A stretch of DNA of 61,037 nucleotides, taken from the NCBI GenBank assembly GCA_036172245.1, contig JAYWIR010000004.1, positions 6,696,001-6,757,037 on the forward strand, written 5' to 3'. Each line of letters starts with the position of its first letter. Position 1 is the first letter of the stretch. Below are positions 14,299-26,419 of the stretch, piece after piece. The notes below the pieces were generated by a model. It saw only the letters and a program-made list of their open reading frames with translations. It ran no database searches and was not told the DNA's origin. Origin of the DNA: Raillietiella orientalis (Eukaryota). The position numbers and the translations under genes are program-made.

Positions 14299-17200
14299 TC
14301 ACTTTATGTTACTAAAACTCGCAGCAAGACGATGCTTTGTACTCATACTTCTACATTCTTGATCATGCTCAGCAAATTCATCCTCAAACTGAGAATTTGG
14401 ACTCTGACATAGTTTCTGTAAAGAACTGGAACTAAAGGAGTCTAGATCAGAATCTCTTGGATCAGTATCTGCTGCTTTGGCAGATGTGAGAACCTTCTCC
14501 AATAAAGAAGTACAAGAAAGATCAGGTCTCCCAAGCAAAGGAGGACAAGTTGGTTCCAAGGCCTCATCTAACAGCACATCCAAAAAAGACAAGGAAAATG
14601 ATTCGTTTGGATCAACATTTTCCTCAGTGTTAACTTTGTGTTCATAATTTTCCACTGGTGTCAATGACTGAGTACTGCTCCTAAAACGTTCCTTGAGCTT
14701 TTTTGTCATGGAATCCAGTTCCTTCAAGCTAGACCTAAGTGACCAAATGAGACTTTTGTACAACTATTGGCAACTTCTCTCACTTGAGATTCTGGGTCAG
14801 AAAGGAAAGCGATGCATCCTCTACAGCACTGTGACAAGTAGTTTCATCTGAATGGCAGTGAATAGGTTGTTTGGTAAATGGAGTCAAATAAGCTGTGGAT
14901 TGTGCACTCAAGCTGGGATTCACAAAGCTATTAATGGTGTTACATTCCTGATCATTTAATTCTTCAATATATTTCAGTGACCTATAGGATGTAAGAATCT
15001 GCTGAGGAATGACAGTAAGCTGAAAAAGAAAGGGGAAAAGGTCTTCACATCCATGAAATCAATATTCCTACCCACCTTTATTTGCCCCCTACAGTGACCT
15101 CCATGATCAATTATATTATACCAGCCTGAAATACACTGGATCCCAGATGTTAAAATGGAGAGATCCAGAGTCACAAAACCCAGAAAATAATGATTACACT
15201 CATTCATGTGCCATAATTTAAGCACAAGTTGTTGTTTCTGATACAGCAATTTTGTTGGGAAATCGATATCTTGCTGCCAGTTCCACACAGGATGAGTGCT
15301 TGCAGTTACAACAGGAGTTGTCAAAAGTGCGTCTTCTTCTCCACAAGGAATGGTAACATAAGTATTGGGTGCCTGTACGACCTCTTGCTTATGATCCCGG
15401 ACTAACGGTAGATGTCGAGCTTGTTCTATAAGAATATGAGCTGCAAACGTATTTGAGACTATAACTGGAGGACAGCTGACATCCTTCTCTGGAAGGTCCA
15501 CTGAACATGTCTTCAAACTCTCATAACCTCCATCTTCTCCTCCTCGATTTCTCTGTTCACTAATCAGTTCATAAGATGTCTTGTGGAAATAGGAGAAACT
15601 TTCATGACTTATATCTAGTTCTAAAAACATCTTTTTCTTTTGTGATACGGAATCACAACTGTAAAGCGCTATTTGAAAATGGCGTGTACAAACATCTTCA
15701 TTGGCAAGACAAATTAAATCACATAAATGGTGAAGATCCAGACTACCCTATATCAGATAAAATGCAACTCTTTTCAACACATAAACTCAGTTACCTTGCC
15801 AAGAAGCATGACTCTTTCCTTATCCTTTAGAGCTTGCAGATAAAACAGAAGTTCAGACTGGGACAATGAACTGAGCATATTTTGCAATTGGCAAGCTGGT
15901 GATACCAGATGGAACACATGAATCTCCTTGAATACTGGAGTTGTGCAAGAAACACTATGAGTTTGAAATTTGCTCAACTCAATCTTGAAGCTGTTATTTT
16001 CATTCTGAGAAACAACAGGAAATTCAAACTGCACTAAGCATTTCCAATCATGCCATTGTGCATCTACGCCTTTAACGTCATCTATGTGACACTCGAATTT
16101 ATGAATGACAAAACTATCTTTCTCTTTCACAGTCAGCTGAGATGAGGAACTAGTTCCCTTTAATGATCCATCACCCCTATGGCAAATACTTTCCTTCAAA
16201 GTAGTTCTTAACATCTTTAAATTTTGCACTTGCTCCAGAGAGCCAACTGCCAATAACACATTAATCTGGCCAAACACAGTTCTTGTAATTGGATTTCTAA
16301 CATCTACATATCCATCTACAGCAAAGACAGGATACTGAGCTCAAAATTCAAAACAAACTATTATCATACTACACCTGAGTCTTTAAGACACTCTGTCTGA
16401 GAGAGATATCTGAAAACACAATATAAATTGGCTGCAAGGAGATTTTAGCAATTCCAATAAAGATATCCTCAGGATCATTTTTGCTCCAGACTTCTATAAT
16501 CATAAAATTATTCTTCATCCGGTCAAGGAAGGTGCATTTGAGTTCCACAGGAAAAATCTAACATGCAAATAATACCCTGTGTAAAATGTCAAGTATCCAG
16601 ACGTTCAGAACTTGAAAACGCCAAAATACAAACTTGAAAATGCAACTTCGATAAAATTTGCAATTTAGGTTTGTTCATTTGCTAGAATGATGATCCCTCA
16701 TTCCAAACTAATTAATAATTTGGATCAGTCTTACATTTACATATAAATTTCTTTGATGTCAATATCTCTAAATAAAAATGTCTATTATTTTATATTTCAG
16801 TAACCTAGCTAAGTTTTTTTTTTTCTCTCAATGCAATAAAATTTTGTTCAAATCCTATCATGCTAGAATTAATTGAACATTTCAATCTTCAATTATTTAT
16901 GAGCATTTGTTTACCACAACATTCAAGGATTACCTTGCTACCGAGTTTATAATGCTTTGAATATATCACTAAAAAGATAAAACTTAAAATCTCTACCTCA
17001 TTCTAATTACCACTACTTTACATAAACCATTACTATATTCCACTCATAAACTTTGGAAAACCAACATTAACTTAAAATTAAAACTTAATGAAAAAATGTA
17101 TTTATTTGCATACTACGATATCCAAAAATTGATTGCATTTTGATTCCTCATCTATATTTTTAAGAAAAGCCTCACTTAAATTTTCAGTACATTCTGATTC

Positions 17201-20200
17201 ATGTTACATTAATATTAAATCCCAAAATGGTTTCCCAACATGAAATTATATTTTAAAATGAAAATCTACCAGGAAAGCATCCAGTATGAAACAAAAATCC
17301 TTGATTCATTGGAGAAAAATAATCACAAAATGGACCAATATTTTTAATAACGTATGAATTCACTTTTTCTCAAATTATTATAAATTTGATAAACTCATCA
17401 AGTTCAAAAATCAACATGAACATTAAAAACAAACAAACAATTAGTTTAAAACTTTGTTGGAAAAAAAAAAAAAAATGAAATTACATAAACCACTATGATT
17501 ACTTTTTGCTAATCAGATTCCTAATACTGAAGACTGGTGCCACACATTGACTTTTTTCCAGTATTCCAGCACATATCGGAATACTCAACGGTAACTAATC
17601 AATCAAAAATAACTTACTATTTGAAAACCGAAATCAAAGATATCTTTTCTCCAAATTATGTCACTCTGCAAACTGCTGTCTTTGTAAAACAATTTTGTGT
17701 ACAAGTAAAAATTTTCCAAGTTTTCATGAAGAAAATTTTTTGCTTCTGAGACTTTGAGAAAGCAACCCAGCACCTGAAGCTACAAGCAGGAATCAATCAC
17801 TTCATGTTTTCATTACAAATATAGCTGATAATAGCACACAATAACAGCAAATGCATCAACAAAATCACACCATTATTATACCATGAACCAAGCATGTTGT
17901 ATTTGAATTTTCAAAATAGAAAAGAATTCCACAATGAATCATTAAAACTATATTCTGGAATATTAATGCTGTTCTTATTGAACTATTAATTCAACTCAAT
18001 TAAACATGCAGTTCAAACCATGGAGAAATTCAATTATTTTTGCAATTACACTGAAACCATTTAAATGAACCCAACATAACACGTCTGTAATAATTTTATC
18101 TGCAAGATTCGAGCATGCATTCACTTTAAAATGTATCAGTAAAATTATACATAAATCGCGATTCTTGAGAATTATCAGCTCAGCAACAAAACTTCTCATG
18201 TAAACAAGACAGTAAAATTCACAAATGGAATAACTTAAGTGAATAACATAAATCAAACTTATTAACATTGAGATGATGACAATTTTTTAATAATTTAACA
18301 CCAAATGGAAGGATTGTAATGGAAAAAAACTAAAGTGTATATGACAAGGCTCTGATGAGAATTCGTGCAAGCATACAATAGATATCTGGATCTAAGTTTA
18401 TCATTTAGGAAATTCCTAATTATCGAATCAGCCTAATACATCCTTACTGAATTCTCATGAAATCTTTTGAGTATAAATACATTTGTTTGTTAAAACGTAC
18501 TCCTTTACAAAATTAGTTCTCAAAACTAAATACCCTTTGATATTTGACTCTCTACAAAATTTGCATAGCACGACTCCATAAGGTATTCATAATTTGTAAA
18601 TTATATAATAATCAGTTAAAAGAATTGGTAGTTTGACATTTCTGGAAAAGAAATCATCTAGAATAAATCCATTCATCTCAGTGCCCTTGGGCACCGAGAT
18701 GGCTTTTGGAACTGATGCATACGGCCATTAGTTCAAAGATAAAAGGTGCACTGTACTTCAGTACAAATAGTTCACACTAAACAATTTCACACAAATACAT
18801 AAACAAAGAAACTGACACAAATCATTTATGCAAAACAAGCACATATTTGTTAAGATTCACACTAAATCAAACAGCATAAAAAATCAGTAACTAAAACACT
18901 AAATTACTTCAGTTTCAGATGAAATGAATAAAAACTTTTATTTTTCATACCTCTTAGTATCCAAATATAAACATAAGCAAATATTAAATAAATTGCTTAT
19001 TAAAAAATACTTAAAGTTAGTTTATGAACTTTTAAAGTAATTCCTATCTTAATTTCTTAAGCATTTCAGCAAATGAGTAAAGTACAATGCGTTTATTAGA
19101 AAAACTCCACTCTAAAATACGCCAAACCCTAAGCATTTTTACAATGTGTGCTAAATAAACATTAAGTAGAAACTGAATACCGGGTTTTAAAGAAAATCGA
19201 AAGGGATTACTTTATACAATTCAATAGTACGTCTGCTGAAAAAATATTTGAAAGCCAAACATATTCACTAACATCTGAAGTTGCTGACTGCTGCTTTATT
19301 TTTGTACTTGCTTTTTTAGGATTAAGAATGGATTCAGTTTCATCAAAACATCGAATAAATACACTCTTTTTTATTTCTGATGAATCTACATTGTTTTTTA
19401 TGACACATTCTCCTTTGAGATCTTGATTGGTCAAAATTTTTCCTAAATCTTCTAAAAAGTCTATTTTCAAGTCCACAACTCCAAACTCATTCTGAAATTT
19501 GTTAATGGATAAATTTGTTTTTGCCCTTGAATTGATTGATTTGCCAAATAAAAGTACTTCTACTTCAGGTGTTGGAAATAGTTTTACACTGTTCTTGCTC
19601 TTACTGTCTTTAATATCAAATACGTCTTTGAATAATAACTTTGCTGTACCAATTAATAGAGGTATTCTATCTCCCAGTCCTCGAACAAATATTTTCAATG
19701 AAAGGAATGTTGTCCACCATTTTTTGGCAATATCATGAAGAATCTCATCACTAAAGGCTATGGGGTACATTCGATTGTGAACACAATAAACAACTGAAAC
19801 AAATAAACAACTGATACACTACTTATAATGAAATTTACAAAAGCTGAGAATACATCTTTCAAAATCGTAAACTAAAAGAATTTTCCTGTTTTTAAATGCA
19901 ATATGCTTTAAAAAAAAAACATTGGAAAAACAATTTGAAAGTTTAAAGAAATGTTTTCTTTAAGTTTAGATTTCTTACATGAAAATTCAAAGTTGGAATA
20001 CTGATCCTACAATGAAATAAATCCCGTCCAGTATATTCATTAAACAAATCTAGTCACACTATCTGGATTTCAAAAAAAATTATACATTTGAAGTATACGT
20101 ATAGAATATTAATAGCAACCCCTTGCCCACTCAAACAACGGACCACTTCCTCTTTACTTTCAAATTTATTTTCCATTTGAAGCGAGCTCACTGTGAATCA

Positions 20201-20722
20201 TTCAGTAGTTTCAATTAAGCATCCAAACTTATGCAGCATTTACAATTTCGTGTACTTACTTCCATTTAATCCTTTTCGTGATGTAATTCTAACTGATTTT
20301 GCATCATGGACAAATGCACACTTATCATGACAATACTGCTGGATGTTATATTCCAAACTGTAACTCAAAACAGCTGGTTTACTGTAAATCTTGAATTTTT
20401 CATCACAGATTTTACTTATGACTGAGGGATTAATCCGGACCACAATAGAATGAATTCTTAAAAATTTGGTTGACTTGAGAAAATCCCATTTGTGCTCTCC
20501 GATATAATTCTCATATCCCATTTTGGTCATCATATTCTGATTTTTTTTGTGTCTCACTGAATTATTTACTATTTCTAGAATTTCCATTTTCTTTGTTTCT
20601 GCACTATTCACACTCATCATGTATTTCCTATTTTCTGAGATCATGTAATCCACATAGTTTTCACATGACATATCATTGGGGATCTGTTTCAAAAGTATCG
20701 ATTCATGAGTTTTATACCGGTT
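14299..20722 (-). CDS. C2CD3: C2 domain-containing protein 3 homolog (centriole distal-end / ciliogenesis protein); 8 exons, 5' end unresolved
   Basis: Phase-consistent GT-AG exons: 20260-~20722, 19273-19793, 17618-17773, 16375-16557, 15795-16334, 15076-15747, 14784-15019, 14299-14734. C2CD3-like motifs: KKWWTTFLSLKIFV, DRMKNNFMIIEVW, QYPVFAVD..GQINVLLAVGS, PVWNWQQ, LDLSILTSGIQCISGWYNIIDHGGHCRGQIK, NLKSSLKELD. Confidence 0.9.
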
Positions 20723-22419
20723 TCACTATTATGCTCATCTTTGACATTTTGGCACCATTTCACAAGTTTCTTTCCACATCCGTAAGACTTAACCAGCACT
20801 TGAAACTTGAAAACGCAAACTGGAGTTTCGAATGAATCAATCTATCAATCAGTAATAGTCAAGTTCCCGCAGATATGTTTCTAAGGTTGACACTGAACCT
20901 ATTCTCCAGTCCACAACATGTCACCGTCACCCACCCATTTCGTCAACTGGCCCGCAGGGTTTGAAAACGCGCCCTTGATAAAATGTCGTGCTGTGCCCAT
21001 TCCATCGAATTTCATCAAACTAAATTAATAAGAATATTCACCGTTCTTGCATCTAAAATGATATCGTTTGTTTTCCACAGTAATGATAGCATGATAATAT
21101 TAATTATAAAAATAATTCCATTAATTACGAAATGCAGCTTCTCTCTCTCTTAAACGAGAATCAGTAAACGATCCTGTAATAATCAGTGAAACAAGGTTTC
21201 TTGGAAAAATAAATAAAAATCTTCTAATTATCTATGTCTAATTTACAGGGGATTTATTCAGATATACGTGTATTTTATTTTATCCCATAATGATGTCTTT
21301 CAAAGTAAATATTATTGTTCGAGTATTTGGTTTATTTAGTTAGTTATCTGTCTCGATGATGAACCAACATTTCTTTTTCTCATCAAGAAACAGACCTGTT
21401 ATTATTTGCATCCAAAAAACACGCAAAAAGTTTGGAAAAAATTGTGATTTGCTTGGCTTAATCTTTAATTTTAAACCAACACTGAAAGCATCGATTACAG
21501 ATGAAATGACTAAATTTATTTGGAGTCTTTTTTCTACTGAGAAATGAAGATGAAGGAGAGGGGAGACAGAAAACTGACGATGAAGACTTGTATAAAGATA
21601 GAGTGAAATCAACAACAGTGCAATGAAAGAAATGTGTTGAGATATAATGATACCTTGAAAGAAATGAACAATGAGCATTTTTGCCTACAATATTGGAAAT
21701 GCCCGAAACAGTGAACTACCCGGTGATGAAAAGCTTTTGCTGAAAAATTGCAGCAAAGCTGATTTTTCAATCAAAGGCGTCGATGGAAATGTTTGCCATT
21801 TATAGGAAATGCGAACGTAGCCTGGGAACTGAATGTTCAACTACTGTGCTAATGCTTCTTGCACATAATTTCAAAACCTAAAGTTTTAGTTTCATGAAAT
21901 TGTTGGATTATCGCCAATATTGATGTTCTAAATAGTCTTTTGGGGCAATTCTTTAGATTGTTCTATCTTTTCATATGTTTTTATTGTTTTTTTAGTTCAG
22001 ACTTTGAATCTTCTTAAGAGTGGACAAAGGTTTCCTGAGTGAGGGCTTTGAAATAACATTAGATTACATTTGACGAAAAGTGTAAATAGTGCGAATAACT
22101 CATTAACATTTTTTACGGTGGTTATGCATGTTTGATTGTTTCCAGTAAAATTTCGGTGTCTAAATGAAATCTAGGCGCTATATAAGGCAGACAGCAAAAG
22201 ATTAACGAAGCACACTATCGTTGCACAAGGTTCTTACTGAATTTTCAATGTAACACCTTGAAAAGAGGGAATTCCCTAAATGAAAAAATTTCGAAGCATA
22301 AATGTTATTGTGACTAGACATGCAGTAGACTGATCAACAATATTTATCTAGGATGTACCGTTTGTGAACCAGTATCGGCCTAAGCCGAAACGTTGTACAT
22401 TGCGCTGGAAGCGCGATAA

Positions 22420-22906
22420 GAAGCTAAGCGAAGCGACTCCAATCTTATGCTAGATATAGTGACAGGTTGATGTGCATCTGTGTGTTTATTCATGCACTCA
22501 TTAATAACTTCATCTGTCATATGCACACTAGTAGCACTAAAGTACCCTCTTCCCCAAAAACGCCTTTCCCGGTGTATTCTCTTTGGAAATTCCTGCTGAA
22601 CTTTGCGTGAGGACCTACCTTTAGCTCTTTGGACAAAGTCACTTACACTTGGTATTCCTACGAATGAATGCAAACGGTCAGATGACATCACTCCGTTTTC
22701 TCAGTTAAACCCCGTTCCTTCAGATGCTTCTGCTTTAACGATTCGTATTCTCTGCATCATGGCCATGGTTGATGGCGCACTATACGGTACTTACGATAAA
22801 ATGCTGTGTGCTTTCCTTTGTCGTACTTTGTCATAACTCTACTTTTTGAACACAGTTGTGCCACTGACAAACCAAAGTTTCTCCACTTAGAAGGTGGAGG
22901 TTTCTA
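22420..22906 (-). mobile_element. tnpA: IS200/IS605-family IS with degenerate Y1 transposase (ATG at 22834)
   Basis: MTKYDKGKHTAFY... and SVSDFVQRAKGRSSRKVQQEFP..RFWGRGYFSATS..TDEVINE are typical of IS200 TnpA; frameshifted; subterminal hairpin CTCCAC-TTAGAAG-GTGGAG at 22881-22899 upstream of the start. Confidence 0.88.
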
Positions 22907-22974
22907 CCATCTTATGGAAAGTATAATAGGGTTATAAAGTGATGTGTGACGTATTGCATAAGCAACAAATGCAA

Positions 22975-23024
22975 GCCAACACTTGCATTTGTTGCTTATT
23001 GAACTCTTCATGTAAATTTGTCCC
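22975..23024 (-). pseudogene. rplS: 5' fragment of ribosomal protein L19 gene, overlapping the trmD stop
   Basis: TNLHEEFNKQQMQVL directly follows trmD, matching the conserved trmD-rplS order; start codon mutated; truncated at a fold-back. Confidence 0.65.
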
Positions 23025-23704
23025 TTACTTCTCCACCTAATAATTCAGTGCTACGCCTTTTTGTTATCACTTATAACTGTTTCCGCCTCCACTCACTTCT
23101 TTCATTGTGATTTCCAGATAACGGGACCTCAGGCATTTCATATTCTCTCCACTACTTAGGTTTCGTATGTGGAGGGTACTCAAACATACCACCACCACAA
23201 CTAAAGCTTTCTTCAATTACTTACTACAGCAGGAAGAAGCCAAACACATGGACGGAGAACTACCATCGCAGTTGCCTCACCTCCTGAAAATACATAATCT
23301 CCTATACTTATCTCATAACCAGTACGCTCATCAACCACTCTTTCGCCAACATTCTCCAATCTATCTCACAATATTGCTATATGAAAGAATCTTATCAATT
23401 CTTTTGCAATGCTTGGATTCAATTTCGTGCTAGATGGAGTCATATAAATAAATTTAGTACCCCTAGGAGCAGAAGGCACACTATCAATTGCATCTTTAGT
23501 CACATCAGGGAGCATGATCACTCCTGCTCCACCTCCATATGGAGCATCGTCCACCGTTGAGTGCTTATCCTTAGCAAAGAAACGAATGTTTGCCACTTCA
23601 AGATCTCATAGTTTCATTCTTGATGCTTCCCCAGCAAAGAAACAGTTCAAAAGCCCTGGAAAGATCTCTGGATATATGGTTCATATTGTAACATTGAACA
23701 ACTT
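23008..23704 (-). pseudogene. trmD: tRNA (guanine-N1)-methyltransferase pseudogene, near full length
   Basis: [48 protein letters not shown] motifs, with in-frame stops and frameshifts. Confidence 0.93.
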
Positions 23705-23752
23705 TACCAATTTACACTAAAGTTGGTTAGTGAATATGCAGTTAAATCAAGT

Positions 23753-24045
23753 ATGCTACCAGGCAAAATAGTACACAATGGTAAAGCCAAATCTTTTATT
23801 CAAACGAAAGATACGTCAACTTTCGTACAGCAGTTTAAAGACAAAGTGACAGCCTTAAATGAAGAGCAACATCAAATTATTGAGGGCAAGAGAACAATCC
23901 ATAACTTCATTAGCGCTTTGATCATGGAAAAATTTGAGAATACCGGAATTCGGACACTCTTTCTGAAAACTCCGAATGAAAGAGAGCAGCTAGTAAAAAA
24001 ACTAAAACTACTTTTACCTCTTGAGAAGGTTGAGAACCTATGTTT
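23753..24045 (+). pseudogene. purC: 5' part of SAICAR synthetase, divergent from trmD, truncated
   Basis: GKAKSF..QQFKDKVTALN..IEGK..NFISALIMEK..GIRTLFLKT..EREQLVKKLK..PLE matches the PurC N-terminus; similarity ends after about 95 codons. Confidence 0.9.
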
Positions 24046-24082
24046 ACAACGCAACTGTAAAGCCAGAGTAGGAAAAGGATAG

Positions 24083-24388
24083 CTTGCTTCAAATAATGGA
24101 AAGGAGGCTACTTGGATACGCCAGAAGCCCTACAATGTTTCTATCGCTTGGTTTTGGCGTCACTTTGATGATTAGAAGAGAAGCATATCGTGAAAGGTGG
24201 GGTTCCATATAAAGGCACTAGCACTATTCTTTATCTTTCCTATTCATGGAGTGCTTCAGGTGCACAGGAACCATTTTGCAAGAAGTCTGAATAGGAAAAG
24301 CCACGTTTTCTTCCGTGTTTTAAATGAAGTTGGTACAGTATTGATAATAATCATGGTTACGATGGTAGTGGTTGAGAAAAGGAAGTAG
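24083..24388 (+). pseudogene. hemJ: 3' part of protoporphyrinogen oxidase HemJ, frameshifted
   Basis: QIMERRLL..PTMFLSLGFG, then FHIKAL..IHGVL..HFARSLNRKSHVFFRVLNEV..LIIIMVTMVVV; HemJ-type MERRL and FRxxNE motifs. Confidence 0.8.
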
Positions 24389-24434
24389 ACTTAGAGAAAG
24401 AAGGTGGCTTTCCCTTCTTCATTCTACTTAACTA

Positions 24435-24600
24435 CATGGCTAATGCAGGTACCTCTGCGCGCGTTTCTTCTGGTTCCGCGTGAGTTTCTTCGAGTTTATC
24501 ACTAGGTTTTCCCACTGCATCTGCAATACCATAAGCAGCAAGCCAAACTGCTGACGCTATGAGAGCTCTAGCCAACATTGGTAATTGAACACCGGTCCAA
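24435..24600 (-). pseudogene. C-terminal fragment of a Wolbachia-type hypothetical membrane protein
   Basis: LPMLARALIASAVWLAAYGIADAVGKPSDKLEE..: hydrophobic segment followed by a KPSxKLEE tail, inside the bacterial block. Confidence 0.4.
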
Positions 24601-26419
24601 GTAGTAAGTTAAGTGAAACGCCGCCAATATCGCGTAGCCAGTCCCTGGGCTCTTTACATTCTGATGGTAGTGATGTTGAAGTGGTTAGTAAGTAGCCAGG
24701 TCGTTAATCTGGCTGGCTATTTCACATAGCTGCTTACAAAGGATAGATGGGGCATGGCAAGTCCGAAAGTCTATGCTGTGGCCCAAAAGCGCAAGTTGAG
24801 AAGGGATAGAGGTAAAGTGTTAAGTTACTAATGTCGAGATTTTTCTGAAGATAAACACTAATCGTCCTTCAAATAGCTTTGATTGTAGTGAGAAATATGG
24901 CAGCTGGTGCTTTTTGTCAACGTTTGCAACTTTTTGGAACTATTTCAATTTCAGGAGACCACCGAAAACGCATCCCGTAAATTTCATATTAGAAATTGCA
25001 AATGCTGATGTCCGGAGTTGTCTCGATTTCTTTCCGATTCTTTCCAGTTTATTTCAATGGAATTTTCCCTTGCATTTCGTTGAGAGTTGCCAAGTGGATC
25101 AACGGAAGAACCGTCCTCTTATCAGGAAGAAATCGAGCTACACTTGCTGAATCCTCGACAGCCACATCGTCATCAAAGATTCAAATGCATGTGAAAACAA
25201 TGTGAAATGTATTTAGATAATTGAAAATTCGGAAGCTCAGATTAAACTCGGAAATGAGAGATTCCTATCCCAACGCTTCATTTTTCCCCATTTTGACAAT
25301 AGCGTCATGAAATGGTTTGCTTTTACGAAACGAACGCCTTAACAAGAACACGAATCTCTACTAGGTTTCCTTCATATAAATCCAGATGTTTCGCAAACTC
25401 TGTGTCCCCGCGTGTTATATCCTTCGAAGCACTTACGTATTCTTCCAAAGCTTTCACAAAGAATCCATGTCTGTTATCTGCGTATAGGCATGTGTAACTT
25501 TGCTCAGATGAACCACTGTAGACGCCTGCATGCCTCTGAATTCTCAATGAATTGCTTCGGCATGTCATCATCTTCAGGATAAACCAGTAGGAATGTAATC
25601 CCTCTGCTGTCTGGCTCGAGATGTTCATCCAAATGGCTGGTTTCTTAGAGAAGACTGAAAAAATATAACTGTTGGAATTCGTTTAGAAAGGCTCGCTATT
25701 TCGACCGGATTCGAAAGCTGCACTCCATTTCGCGACGACTCATTTGGGGAATGAGTCGTTGGAAATGAAACGAACTGCTGAAAACATCGATGGCTTGATA
25801 ATGAAAAAGTGAACCTGCTTGCATCTGCCTGAATCTCACGTAATTCGCAGCGTTCTTGAATTCCTGAGAGCATGCTTAGGAAGCAAGCAAAATACGGCCT
25901 GGAAGTCGTGGCTGGCCGTGGAGAAACATCTTTCCTGCCAGTCTTTCGCGCCCGGTAGATTTCATTGAAGAATAATCTACTACCCTTCTGCAGATGCACA
26001 CGATCACCGTTCGTGATCATTGATTTGCGTTTGCCATTGGCGCACCAACGAGACGCTATTAGTGGATGCAAAAAATACCCGAAAAACACGTGCGAATGTG
26101 ATCCTCAAAGGGATCGTCACCTGATATGTTGCCTGGAAGAGTGCCACTCGATGTGGATACAGCAGTTTCACACCGCGCGAAAAAGATATCTGAAATGCCA
26201 AATAGAAGGCATCACTCGCATTGCAGCAGCTGATGAATTCGAAGGTGGAAGTGCCATGACGAAAGACACGCAAGGGAGCCACTCCTCACTTTCAAGTAGA
26301 AAAGTCAGCCGGTCCATAAAATGAAAGTCGATCTGCATCCTTACGTCGCAAAATGAAAGCAAATTCACACTCCAAAGAACGTCAAAAGGAAAAGATCAAC
26401 TCTCTGTAAGCATCGATGT

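Larger units (their letters stand above)
22400..24830. other. Nuclear insertion of Wolbachia-like (Rickettsiales) DNA, a mosaic of decayed fragments
   Basis: Intronless bacterial gene remnants (IS200 tnpA, rplS, trmD, purC, hemJ) embedded in intron-containing eukaryotic DNA, all disrupted or truncated. Peptides resemble Wolbachia orthologues as recalled. Boundaries approximate. Confidence 0.88.

Noticed and set aside
22400..24830. Live bacterial contaminant or functional horizontally acquired operon
   Set aside because: Every gene is truncated or disrupted and the pieces appear scrambled.
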